Shown here: piece after piece, positions 1 to 63,004 of the stretch
Layout: each line of letters starts with the position of its first letter
How positions within the stretch are numbered: the first letter of the stretch is position 1
Assembly: GCF_006345805.1 (NCBI RefSeq)
Contig: NC_042999.1
Location: forward strand, 11,532,001 to 11,596,000
Origin: Octopus sinensis
Lineage: Eukaryota
Direction: 5' to 3'
Length of the DNA: 64,000 nucleotides
The notes under the pieces: model-generated
Told to the model about the DNA's origin: nothing
Databases searched by the model: none
What the model saw: the letters and a program-made list of their open reading frames with translations, nothing else
Translations under genes and position numbers: made by a program

Positions 1-186
1 TCATTTTAAATCAGGAAATTTCTATAATTAACAGCATCAGCAGTCTGAAGCCAGTTCTTGGATATCAAAACAGGGAACTCTGACCGAAATAGCATCAACA
101 GATTGATTCTATTTGGCAGGAATGTAATGGTAACAAGATGACTATTTATTGAAACGGAAGAGACACAACATTAGGAAAGTACTTAC

Positions 187-50437
<50,251 letters not shown>

Positions 50438-52060
50438 ATTCTGGAAAATAGCAAAATTCCTTAATTTTACGTTTCAGCAAAATTTGTAATTAAATATATT
50501 TTGGATTCAAAAGTATTAATAGCTCAAGTCTTTTAGTGTTTCTGGTGAGTTAGAAATAACTTTAGAGAAATCTACAACAGCCCCACCATCACCATCATTT
50601 AACATTCATTTTCTACATTGGCAGGAAAGATGGACAATTTGAGAGTAACCAAAGGGCAGGAGGATAGCATTGTGCCTCAATGTCACCTCTGGCATGGTTT
50701 CTACTGCTGGATGCCCTTCCTAATACCAATGACTTTACACGGTGTTCGGGGTGTATTTTATTGTGGCACCAACACTAGTGAGGCGACCAAGTACCTCACA
50801 AGACAAAGAAAAGGTGTCTTTGATAGAGTAAAGAGAAGGGTGGCTTTATGTGAGGTGCTGAGAAGCTAAAATATGATAAAGGGACAGGCACAGGTGTTTT
50901 ACTAAAGGGGACATACATAGCGACTTCACCTTATATTAAGGGTGGATGGGATTAGCTGGAAAAAAGACAATGGGGTGATGAGGTGTCAGAGAGTTTATTC
51001 TCAAGATACAAAGATGGGGATTATAAGAGAGAATAGAAAGGATCATGAAGCATGTTCATAAGATTGTAAGAGGAGAGTGACAGATGGTTAGGGGGGGGTT
51101 AAGGAATGGAAAAGAGGGAAGGATGAGGAGTGTTGTTCCATTTACAACAATCATAATTCAATAACCTAAAATACTGAAGTAAGTAGACTGTCTTCATCTG
51201 GAATAAGCTGAGGAAAGTCTATATTCCTCATGAAGGAGTCGTCATTTGTGTATGATGAACACTTTTAATGCCAACCTGTTTCTATGAAAGGGTTCAGAAT
51301 TTAAATTCAAATCTCAAATCAGCTGCTTCAGATAATAACTTACTATAACAAGTTCAAGATGGTTTCTACCATTAGTATTACCATTATAGAAAGGCAGTGA
51401 GTGAGCTCAGTGGTATTTTGTCTGCCAGTATTTCGTTCCGAGTTCAAATTCCGCTGAGGTTGACTTTGCCTTTCATCCTTTCGGGGTCAATTAAATAAGT
51501 ACCAGTTACATACTGGGATCGATGTAATTGACTTAATCCCTTTGTCCTTGTTTGTCTCCTCTATGTTTAACCCCATGTGGGCAATCAAGAAATAAATATT
51601 ACCCTTATAGAGATGGGCACAGGTGTGGCTGTGTGGTAAGAAGTTTGCTTTCCAATCACATGGTTCCAGGTTCAGAACTTAGGCAAGTGTCTTCTATTAT
51701 AGCTTTGGGCCAACCAAAGCCTTGTGAGTGGATTTGGTAGACAGAAACTGAAAGAAGCCCATTGTATATGTATCTCCATGTGTGTGTGTGTGTGTGTCTT
51801 TGTGTCAGTGTATGTCCCCCCCCACCACCACCACCACTTGACAACCAGTGTTTACATCCCTGTAAGTTAGCAGTTCAGCAAAAAGAAAATAAAAACTGGG
51901 GTTGATTTGTTCGACTAAAATCCTTCAAGGTGGTGCCGAAGCATGGTCACATGACTGAAACAAACAAAATAGGGGTAAAAGAAAAAAATATATTGGCATC
52001 AAAATTTTTTTTCTTTTGCCCTCATTTATAATTATAATTATATATATATATATATATATA

Positions 52061-52371
52061 TCATATCTATAAAAGGCATGATGTGTGTGCGTGTGTGTAT
52101 ACGTATGTGATTGTAATTTATGCACATCCACAAATTAGCACGCATGTCGCTCAAATTTTAGGAGGACATTCGTCAACACCCTATCTGGGTTTTGTCAACT
52201 TATTTTTTCCCCCAAGATACCCGTGGATACTGAGAGGGGGGGGGGAATCAATTTTCAGACATAGCTTTTAGACATAAAAAATATCAGCCATAGCTTTTTC
52301 GATGGCGTCTAACAAAAAAAAAGTGGAAGAAGGACGCAGAGAGTTTCACTGGAAAGACAAAGTCAGAGAAG

Positions 52372-52423
<52 letters not shown>

Positions 52424-52770
52424 TAAGTTATGACGTTCATAAAAAATAAAATGTAAAATGTTTTGTTTTTTCTTAAACATGAGATATAGTGTTCAAATTC
52501 AGGATGTTTTTGAAAGACACTATATTTTATAATCATAGTATATATACTTTCTCACACAACAATTACAATATATTTTAAATCATTCATCTTTCTTCCCCCT
52601 CTCTCTCTCACACACATTACTTTGGGTGCGAAAGAATTTTGTTTTTATTTCACGCCAAGTAAAAAGTGTTTTGTTGAGAGTCAATATTACTTAGTTTGGT
52701 TTGAAATAAAGAACTTGATTAGCTTAATAATCGTAACTTAATCCCAGGCAGGGCCGGGTTATACTGCTAG
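52061..52770 (+). mobile_element. Non-autonomous Helitron (about 710 bp) with internal (GA)n
   Basis: A|TCATATCTATAAAAGGC start; 3' cccaggcagggccggg-ttatactgCTAG|T, sharing the atactgctag terminus with 57030..57400. Confidence 0.65.
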
Positions 52771-52857
52771 TATGTATATATATTATATATAAGAATTTTT
52801 TGCGTAATGAGATGAAAAGAACCAAGGCTGCATAGATATTAGAGCATTTATAGATAT

Positions 52858-53259
52858 CTCTCTTTTACTTGTTTCAGTCATTTGACTGCAGCCATGCTGG
52901 AGCACCGCCTTCAGTCGAGCAAATCAACCCCAGGACCTATTCTTTGTAAGCCTTGTACTTATTCTATCGGTCTGTTTTCCCAAACCACTAAGTTACGGGG
53001 ATGTAAACACACCAGCATTGGTTGTCAAGCGATGTTGCGGGGACAAACACAGACACACAAACATATACACACACACTTATATATATACATATATACGACG
53101 GGCTTCTTTCAGTTTCCATCTACCAAATACACTCACAAGGCTTTGGACAGCCCAAGGCTACAGTAGAAGACACTTGCCCAAGGTGCCACGCAGTGGGACT
53201 GAACCCGGAACCATGTGGTTGGTAAGCAAGCTACTTACCACACAGCCACTCCTGCGCCT
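52858..53259 (-). mobile_element. tRNA-derived SINE type A, full length, with internal (TA)/(TG) microsatellite
   Basis: Head aggcgcaggagtggctgtgtgg (A box) ... ggttcagtccc (B box), core gtggcaccttgggcaagtgtctt, tail gactgaaacaagtaaaaga. More than 10 related copies are in the window (e.g. 21955..22555, 47420..47790, 51612..51970, 54490..54665). Confidence 0.85.
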
Positions 53260-53882
53260 ATATATATATCTCTGTCACCTTTGCCTTGACTTTGTGTGAT
53301 AGCTGCAAACAAGTAAGTCACTTTCGTGCAAATGACATTGACTAGAAGAAATATTACCTTAATTGGAAACAGGTGAGGGTTGGCAACAGAAGGGCAGCCA
53401 GGTGTGGAAAAATCTGCCTCAACAATTTTCATCCAAGTCATTCAAGCATGGAAAGGTTAAAATGTAGGTGAAAAGGAGGGAGAGAAGGAGGTCATCATGA
53501 TGATGATGATGATGATGGTATATGCCTATAAGTATGTATCTTTGTCACCCACCACCCCTTCACAACTGGCGTTGGTGTGTTCATGTTCCCTTAACTTAGT
53601 GGTTCAGCAAAAAGACTGATAGAATAAATAATAGACTTAAAAATAACCTAAGTCCTGGGATCAATTTGCTTGCCTAAAATCTTTCAAGTCAGTGCCCCAG
53701 CATGGCCACAGCCCAATGACTGAAACAAGCAAAACATAAAAAATAAAAACAAATAAATGAAATATGAACACAATTTATTTCTAAACATTGGACAATAATA
53801 AAAACGATTTGGTGTGTTTGTAATGAAAACCAGGTGAGATAAAAGTTGAACAATCTCCACCCCACCCCACACACACTGTCTT

Positions 53883-53920
<38 letters not shown>

Positions 53921-54007
53921 CTACTTTTATTTATCAGTCCATTCTTTCAGATCAAACCAGAACGACCTCGACCTCGTACTGACTACAACCAACCAACATT
54001 TACTCAC

Positions 54008-54217
54008 GACCCATTTAAAACATACAAAACACCAACACTAAAGAGATTCACTAAGAAAACATAAGAAACGAAACAGCTGAGAACAACTGCAGAGGTGGAG
54101 AAGGTGGAGAAGGGAGGGGGGAGGGTTCTTGGCACAACTTGTGCTGTGGCAACTAATACAGACAACATAACTCTTCTGCCAATACAGAATCCTTGGGTTC
54201 AAATGGCAGGACAGAAT
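54008..54217 (-). other. Possible TEAD 5'-UTR exon
   Basis: Unique sequence bounded by tcactgttgcag| and |gtgagta on the gene strand. The first coding exon has an acceptor only 3 nt before its ATG, so an upstream exon must exist somewhere. Confidence 0.3.
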
Positions 54218-54949
54218 CTGCAACAGTGACATGTTTATCTGGGTAAACATCACTTTTATGTTCACCTTCCACTAAATACAACCACAATGGCTTAGTTATG
54301 TGCTTTACACAAATGATGGTTGTATTCCAAAAGACCTCCTCTTAAAAAACATTCCAGGCCAAATCCAGATCTGCAATCCTGAAATTTTGGATTCCTATGT
54401 TTTCATTACTGTGATTGTTTTCGGTTTTTTTTTTTTACATGATTTTTAACGGCAAATATGATCATAGTTGGGTGGCTTTAAAGCTAGTATATATATATAA
54501 ATATGATGGGCTTCTTTCAGTTTCTGTCAACCAAATCCACTCACAAGGCTTTGGTAGGCCTGAGGCTATAGAAGAAGACACTTGCCCAAGGTGCCATGCA
54601 GTGGGACTGAACCCAGAACCATGTGGTTAGAAAGCAAGTTCATTTTTACCAGACAGCCACTCCTGCAGCTACGTTGTATATTTTTTCTATATAAATAATT
54701 TTCAGGATTCGTTCTCTTCATGTATTTATTCCAGCAGACATCAATTATCTTTAAATAATTTCTAATTAGCTGTATTACTACGTTTAATGAATAAATGCTT
54801 TGATTCAGTGAATTATGATGCCATCTTCTCAAATTGGTGTGTGTGTGTGTGTCCAGCAATCACATATAACATAATACTTATGGATTTATAAACAACGCAG
54901 AGGTTGAACTGGACTAAATTTGCATAACATTTCGTTTTATCACAAACCT

Positions 54950-55200
54950 CATCGTTTAACGTCCGCTTTCCATGCTAGCATGGGTTGGACGTTTTGACTG
55001 AGGATTGGCGAACCAGATGGCTGCAGCAGGCTCCAATCTGATCTGGCAGAGTTGCTACAGCTGGATGCCCTTCCTAATGCCAACCACCCCGAGAGTGTAG
55101 CAGGTGCTTTTGCGTGCCACCGGCACGAAAGTCAGTCAGGCGGTACTGGCAACAGCCATGCTCAAATGGTGCTTTTTACATGCCACCCGCACAGGAGCCA
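54950..55200 (-). mobile_element. RTE 3'-end fragment
   Basis: tttaacgtccgctttccatgctagcatgggttggacg...gctggatgcccttcctaatgccaaccacccc. Confidence 0.85.
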
Positions 55201-55319
55201 ATCCATACAAATTTTACCATTTTTTCAGCAGTTTGTGATCCCATCTTCTTTCTTAATGTCAGGTTGGTTTTACGTGTTGAAAATAACTAAATTTCCAAAT
55301 ATTTTCTTGCCTCACTGAG

Positions 55320-55980
55320 TTTACAGATGGAGGAAATTCAGAGAGCTGTTACCTCCATTAGCCACAAAAGGTTTCTCTCTCCAAGTGAAAGGAAGATTGA
55401 ATGATGCATGTGTACAGACAGCAATGCTACATGGTAGTGAGACATGGGCCCTGAATGTAGAGGACATGCAATGGTTAGAGAGGAATGAAGCTGGTATGCT
55501 TTGCTGGATGTGCAACGTAAGTGTACATGTTCGACAAAGTGCTGGTGTGTTGAGAGAGAAGCATAAGCGGAATTAATTGCTGTGTGCATGACATGGGGTG
55601 AAGTACTGAAGAAGGACCTCAGAACCTTTCAGACAAGATGATAAAGGACTGAGATGCCTGGCACTTTGCACTACTCAAGAAGACCCGTATTCTGTAGCAG
55701 AAGTGTTAAGACCGGTCCTTCTGGTGGTGTAAAGCACTCATAGTGGTGCCACATAAAGAACCCGTGTGGAGTCGCGTAAAAAGTATTCATGCGGGAGCAC
55801 ATTAAAGTGCCCATGTGGTGGCACATTACACTCTCAGAGTGGTTGGCATAAGGAGCCAGAGAAACCATAGCAAATCAGAGTGGAGTCTGGAGCAGTTCCC
55901 CACCTCGCCAGCTCTGGTCAAACCATCCAACCCATGCCAGCATGGACAACAGACATTAAATGATGATGATGATGATGATG
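55320..55980 (+). mobile_element. Degraded RTE LINE 3' fragment (ORF C-terminus, 3' UTR, (TGA)n tail)
   Basis: KGRLNDACVQTAMLHGSETWALNVEDMQWLERNEAGMLCWMCNVSV is homologous to the 44071..44532 ORF; ends ccatgccagcatggac...taaatgatgatg. Confidence 0.85.
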
Positions 55981-57029
55981 ACAGCCAATAAATTTAGTTT
56001 CAGACCCCCTAACCCCACCCCAAGGGTCAATAAAGCAAAAACTAGTGAAATACTCGAGTCAAAGTAATTTGTTCTGACAAATACCCCCAGTTCTTAGATA
56101 TGGATGGGTGTATTTGACCGAGAGCAACACCACTGACAGTGTGTAAGGCTGCCTAACCTGGACAGATTGGTCAACAGACTGGACAATATCCAGATGACTC
56201 ACCACACATCTTTTCATTCCTTTTGTCCACTGGGGTAACCATGCATCCTACAGCAAGACACTTGTTTCTGTCCCTCCATCATACTTTAATGTCTCAACAC
56301 CTGACATAAAGACACTTCCCCAGCCCCCACCCAACACTACACCCCTTCCTCAGTTGTGGGGGTCCAGTCTTGTGAGTTACTTGGTGACTTCACTTGTGCT
56401 GGCACCACGTCACCCAGTACATTCTGTCAAGTGGTTGGCATCAGGAATGGCATCCAGTCACAGAAATCATACCAAAACAGACCTTGGAGCTTAGGGCAGT
56501 CCTCTGCTTTCTTGACTTCTGTTAAACCACACAAAACCCATGAAAGTACAGAAAACACATGGTGAACGATGATGATGATGATGATGATAATGAAATCCCT
56601 CACCTCCTTCCCCAGAGTTAACATTGTTCCTAAGAAATCTCTCTGTATGAAGGTATTCAAACACTTCCATTTAACACGCCCCCCCACCTCCCTCACTCTC
56701 TCTCCCCCTCACTTGTCCTCAACAAGATTTATTACAGTCCAAACATAGTGACTTCCAACTGACACCAGTTATAGATTGACAAGATAAAAAGGAAACTTTT
56801 TACAACATGCAAAAGTGCAATTTATTCTGCCTTGTTTTGTTCTTTGTTGTTGCTTTTGTGAGAGAAGAGAATGCATGGAAGGGTTTTCAATCTAATCTCA
56901 AGGATAATAAATATAACTTCACAGGTCAACAGATACTGATTTAGTTTCTTATCTTGGGACCAAATGAAGATATAATACGTGTGTGTGAGAAAGAACTCTG
57001 GCATGCATGTTTGTATATATATATATATA

Positions 57030-57400
57030 TCTCTCTATATAAACGGCAGTTTGTCTGTGCGTGTTTCTGTGTGTCTGTTTGCTTGTACCCTCACCCTGAC
57101 CACAGCTTTCAACCGATTCTGATGAAACTTGACACACACATTGCCCAATGTCATAATTCAAAACTAACGCAGCGAAAATTTTGAAAAGTTCCCCCAGTTC
57201 TGAAAAAAATCGATAAATTCGACATGGGGTCGAGAATCAGGAACACAAACCACAAACTGTGTAGGGGACGCAACTCCACCTTTTTTAACTATCAAAAAAA
57301 ATTTACCATCATTTTTTTCCATTTTTTGGCTATAACTCTCTAAAAATGCTTTATAGTTACTTCCCTTACAAACCTGAGCAACGCCGGGCGATACTGCTAG
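57030..57400 (+). mobile_element. Non-autonomous Helitron (371 bp)
   Basis: A|TC 5' end (TCTCTCTATATAAACGGC); 3' GC hairpin cctgagcaacgccggg followed by CTAG|T; no TSD. Confidence 0.75.
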
Positions 57401-57599
57401 TATATATATATATGTGTGTGTGTGTGTGTGCATGTGTCTGTGTTCCGCTTTGTCTTGACATCATGTGACAGCTGTAAACAAATGTCACATTGCCATACCA
57501 GAAGTCTCCTTTATTTCCACTGTTCCAAGAAAACATCTCCAGCCATGGAGAAAATCTCTCTCAATGTGAACATGGGAGTATAGACAAGAAAAGTGCTTT

Positions 57600-58025
57600 C
57601 TCATCATCATCATTTAACGTCCGCTTTCCATGCTGGCATGGGTAGGACGGTTTGAATGGGGACTGGCAAGTCAGTGGGCTGCACCAGGCTCCAATCTGAT
57701 CTGGCAGAGTTTCTACAGCTGGATGCCCTTCCTAAACGCCAACCACTCCGAGAATGTAGTGGGTGCTTTTTACATGCCACTGGCATGGGAGCTAGTCAGG
57801 CAGCATTAGCATCAACCACGTTCAGATGTTGCTTTTACATGCCGAGAGCACAGGAGCCAGTCCAGGAGCAGGGGGGCTGGCATCGACCATGTTCAGATGG
57901 TGCTTTTTATGCGCCACCAGCACAGGTGCCAGTTAGGCCGCACTGGCATCAACCCACGCTTGAATGGTGCTTATTGTGTGCCACCAGCACAGGTGCCAGT
58001 TCGGCGGCACTGGCATCAGCCACAA
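57600..58025 (-). mobile_element. RTE 3'-end fragment with several diverged UTR repeat units
   Basis: Same tail and core; repeated ggtgctttt...tgccaccagcacaggtgccag units. Confidence 0.85.
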
Positions 58026-58544
58026 CTACAATTTCCATTTCAATCTCGATTTGCTTTTGGTTTAACTTGACTCAAAAGGTCTGCTCAAGCGCAGCATATT
58101 GCCCGATGATTCAAGGTTATGATTCACCCGATGAATGGGCTGGCTATGTGACACTGATCTCACTTTACTTGTCGGGTTTTCCCAATCACAGCATATCTTC
58201 TGTATCTGTTATTTTATTAAGATTGATAATCCAGTATATCCAGGTGGATAAGCTATTGCAAAGCAGATCAGGAGATGTGAGTTCAAATGGGGGAGACACT
58301 GGAATTCTATATTTTTCACTTCATTGCTGGGATTATTTTTTATCTTTTACTTGTTTCAGTCATTGGACTGCAGCCATGCTGGGGCATCATATTGAAAAGT
58401 TTTTAGTTGAACAAGTCAACCTCAGGACTTCTTTTTTCCAGTTTGGTATTTATTGTCGAGGGGACTCAAAGTTACAGGGACATAAACCAAACTAACACTT
58501 GTTGAGCAGTGTGGAGTACAAACACACGCACAAATATATATATA

Positions 58545-59837
58545 TTGCATTAGCAACTAAGTTCCCACCGTTTTTTTAAATTTTAGAATTTATTGCGTTT
58601 TTAAATTTTGGAATTTATTTTTTTCGAGAATTCCATTTTTGAATCATTTTGGAATATATTTTGGGTTTTTTTCCTAGTTAATTTTATCTAATTTTTGTTT
58701 ATTTTCAGATCATTAAAATGGAAAGTCAAGTTAAGAAAAATGAGCATTTTTGACACCTATTTGCTTTTAATCAAGGTTCTAAGGCTGCAAAAGCTGCTCG
58801 TGACATTTGTGCTGTGTATGGAAAGGGTGGCATAGCTGAAAGAACTGCTCATGATTGGTATGCCAAGTTCAAAAATGGAAATTTTGACCTCAAAGATGCA
58901 CCTCATTCTGGCCATCCCATTGAGTTTGATGAAGAGTGATTAAACCAACTTTTGCACAAAAATTCTCGTCAAACGACAAGGGAACTGGCAGAGAAAATGG
59001 AATGCTCCCACACTGCCATAGAAAAGCATCTTCACTCGATGGGAAAGGTTCAGAAGTATGGAGCATGGGTTCCGTATGCTTTAAGTGACAACAGCAAAAA
59101 TCAATGAGCCACAGTCTCCGCTGGTTTGCTTGCTCGTCACCGCTCAACTCATGGACACAAGCAACGATTTCTTTACCGAATCTTTACTGGTAATGAAAAA
59201 TGGTGCCTGTACAGCAATATGAAGCAGTGTAAGGAATGGCTTTGCCCCGGTAAACAAGCGACACCGTGCATGAAACAAGATCTTCATCCACGTAAAATGA
59301 TGTTGTGCATATGGTGAGACTGGGAAGGGATTATCCATTACAAATTGCTTGAACAGAACCAAACAGTCAACATAGAACCCTATGTTCAACAGATGGAACA
59401 ACACAGCACGGCTATTCAAGAGAAGAGACCTAATCGGCCAACATTGAGTTCTTCTGTTGCACGACAATGCTCGCACTCTTATCGCCAATATGACCAAGGA
59501 AGACATTCAAACGCATGGCTGGGAAGCGCTGCCACACCCACCATATTCTCCTGATTTGGCACCAACGGATTTCCACCTCTTTCGATTTCTTTCAAATGCT
59601 ATGCATGGGGTTTTGTTCAATACTGATGCAGAATCGAGAGCTTGGCTGGATCAATTTTTCAAGTCGAAATCAGGTGATTTCTACCAACAAGGAATTGAAA
59701 ATCTTGTTGAATATTGGGAAGAAGTTGTAAACCATAAGGGTGAATACATTATTGATCAATTAGTTGTTATTTTTTTTATTAAACCTTTAAAAAAATTTTA
59801 ATTTTAAAAAACAGTGGGAACTTAGTTGCCAACCTAA
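58545..59837 (+). mobile_element. Full-length (1293 bp) inactive mariner (DD34D type) transposon
   Basis: TA-flanked TIRs (TTGCATTAGCAACTAAGTTCCCAC; right end reverse complement TTAGGTTGGCAACTAAGTTCCCAC). Transposase starts at ATG 58718 with WVPYAL, TGNEKW (first D mutated to N), HDNA and YSPDLAPTDFHLF, plus several stops and a frameshift. Confidence 0.95.
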
Positions 59838-61454
59838 TATACACACACATACATATACGATGAGCTTCCACAGTTCCTGTCTACTAAATCCCCTCACAAG
59901 CTATTGGTTAGCCTGGGGCTATAATAGAAAACTCTTGCCCAAGGTGTTGCACAGAGGATATGAACCAAAAGCCACAGGGTTGCAAAGCAAGCTTCTTAAA
60001 CACACAGTTATGTCTAAAAAACATTTTTGAGGGAAGTTGCATATAAGAGATTAACTTTTTATCCAGGGGGAGTTTTAATTGTTTTTATCTACTTAATACT
60101 AACATTAAATACTGGCCATCTGGAGCTCTGTGATGGATAAAAGATGAACAACTATATTGGCATAGGTAGATTTTGTGTACTTTAAATATTTCTTTGAGAA
60201 ATACTGGCATATATAATATATCAACCTCAACAATAACAAGTCAAAAGCATTATTTCAACATCCATAAGAGAGGATTAGGGGCCTCATTCTAGCAGTGCAA
60301 CCGTAAATAAGTAATAATTTTGTTACATTTTGGGAGGGTCATTATGACAATAATAAACACATGCACTGGTTCTATTTCACTTCTTTATTATTTTGACTAT
60401 TAATTATTCAGTTAATCAATCAACTGGCTGTGTTTGTCAAAGTCCTTTCATTACAATTCAGGTCAGCTTTAGATCTGTCACTTGGATACAATGACCCTCC
60501 TCACATACAACAAAAACACAGGTTCACATCAAGAATTTTGCAAAAATGAAAGTTTAATGAAAAAAAAAATGCTTTCTACAAAATTTAGTTAAATTCAGTG
60601 AAATACTGAAGGGAAACTATAAAATCATGACACCCCCCCCCCCACAAAGGAAAGAATATAAAAGTAGAACCTATGAACACTTGTCATCATCAAGGTCATT
60701 GTCTTAACGTCCACTTTTCCATGCTTGCATGAGTCTGACAGAATCTAATGAGGCAGATTTTTTCTATAACTGGATGCCCTTCCTGTCACCAACCTTCCCT
60801 TATTTCCCAAGGTAATATTTCCCCCATGACCAGACATGTTTTCACAAAACATCAGAAATGAGTGACATTCATTTATAAGAATCACATGATGGCAGGACAA
60901 GAACACACACACACACACACACACAGGCACATGCTTTTGTGCACGCGTGCATGTGCGTTTCACTTAGGCATAGTGAGACTACTATCCTGGTGCAGCAGTC
61001 AATATGCGTATAGTCGTTAACACAATGTTATATGAGTATGGAGTGGTAATGGAAGCAAGGAGATATCGGCAAATAAAACAAGTGTAATGAACTTCATAAG
61101 CTTACAGTTGTTTCTGCTATGAGATGTGGCAGACTCTAAGTTAAGTATCAGGATAACATCCTACAGCTTTATCAGAGCCTTGAATAGGAGGTGAACATTA
61201 TTTGAGAAAGTTACATTTTCAGACATAATAGACATTAGTGCATGTCTATACATGAGTGCAATGGGTAAATTGCCATCATTTTATATTCTTTTAATTTTGT
61301 ACATGTGCATTGTTTGTTTCCGATTTTGTCGACTACACAGTATTGTAGGGTCAGTTGGGCACTGTCTGTGAGAAAAACAGCACCATGATGCAATTCACTC
61401 TGCCAGAAATTTGGAAACGACATGTTGTACTGCTTGGCAGTACATGAAGTTCCA

Positions 61455-61810
61455 ACATAAAGGCCTACATGAAGTTCCTAGAGGAGGTAGTGCTGTCCTG
61501 GGTCAAGAGGGTGGCTACTGGAAGACCCTATGTCTGGCCACAGGACTCTGCACCATGCCACAAAAGCAGGAGAACCCTGTCATGGCTGTCAGATAATTTT
61601 TGTGACAACATAACCCCTAACATCTGACCACCTAACTCCCCAGACTGCAACCCTCTTAATTATTGTGTGGGAGCGCAGTTGAGCGAGAGACCAACAAAAC
61701 TCCTTGTAACACCAAAGATGAACTGAAGGCAAGGATTATGGCAGAATTCACCAACTTAAACAAGGAGACCATCCAGAAGAGTTGCAGGAGATTCCAAAGT
61801 CATCTGGAGA
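61455..61810 (+). mobile_element. Tc1/mariner-superfamily transposase C-terminal remnant with DD37D (maT) spacing
   Basis: YVWPQDSAPCHKSRRTLSWLSDNFCDNITPNI*PPNSPDCNPLNY...AVERETNKTPCNTKDELKARI; 37 residues between the D at 61544 and the N (probably a former D) at 61658. Confidence 0.8.
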
Positions 61811-62150
61811 TTTTTTTTCAGTTTCCATCAACCAAATCCACTCGCAAAGCTTTGGTCGGCCCAAGGCTATAGTAGAAGACACTTGCCCAAGGCGCCATGC
61901 AGTGGGACTGAACCCAGAACCATGTGGTTGGCAAACAATCTTCTTCCTCAATTATTATTTTAATTATCCATAATTTGTTTTAACAGGATTTATTTATGCT
62001 TTTGTCATGAGTCTATTGTAAGAAAAAGTATTTCAAGAATAAAATTAAACAGACTCCAACAATATTTTCATTACTGGGAAGGTTCTTGCGTCTAGGGTTT
62101 CTGAACAAAGTAGATGTTAAACAAATTAACATTCTAGTTATCCCATGGGG

Positions 62151-62216
<66 letters not shown>

Positions 62217-62967
62217 CATACATATATATATATATTACATACATATATACATGTGTGTATAGATATGCATATATATAAGAGAGTATGTGTGTGTCTATGT
62301 ATATACATATATATATATAGAGTACATCATCCAATTTATTACTGACTTTTAAAGAGTAATATTTACCAAACAATAATATAAGGTTTGTACAGTCAGACAT
62401 AGTCTACTGCCCAGATAATAGCCACAGGCCGTATAAAATACCTTACAAAGAAGTGTTTTTGTTTTAATCTCATTCTTTGTATTTTACGAAAATCGTTGCC
62501 TGGAACCGAAATTAAAATGAAATTTTGATGGAAGGTTTGAATTTGGATCTTTTTAAATCAGGAAGTTTGTGCCTTAAAACCAGGGGCAGTTTCAGGCAAA
62601 TTGGTACCAAAAGCATTAAGAACATGGTGTTACCAAGAAGGATCTAGCAACAGTCAATGGAAGATTTGGTTGGAATTCAGGTCATTATCAGGATCAGAAT
62701 GCATAGAAATCCAGAAACTCTGTCTTTCATGAAAAATGACAATGTTAATAATAATTGTTTCAACGTCTGGCAGCACAAGGCCAGCAATTTTAGTGGGTTT
62801 TAGAGTAGCTTCCATTAACCCTAGTATTTGACTGGTATTTTATTTTATGACCCTTAAAAGGATGAAAGGCAATGCTGACCGTGGCACAATTTGAACCCAG
62901 AACATAATCAACCAAAACATATAACACTAATCATTCTGTTTGATGTACCACAACTACTGCTGCTGTC

Positions 62968-63004
<37 letters not shown>

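Noticed and set aside
57656-58495. 279-aa plus-strand ORF
   Set aside because: Runs antisense through an RTE 3'-UTR fragment, unique DNA and a SINE tail, with no recognisable domain.
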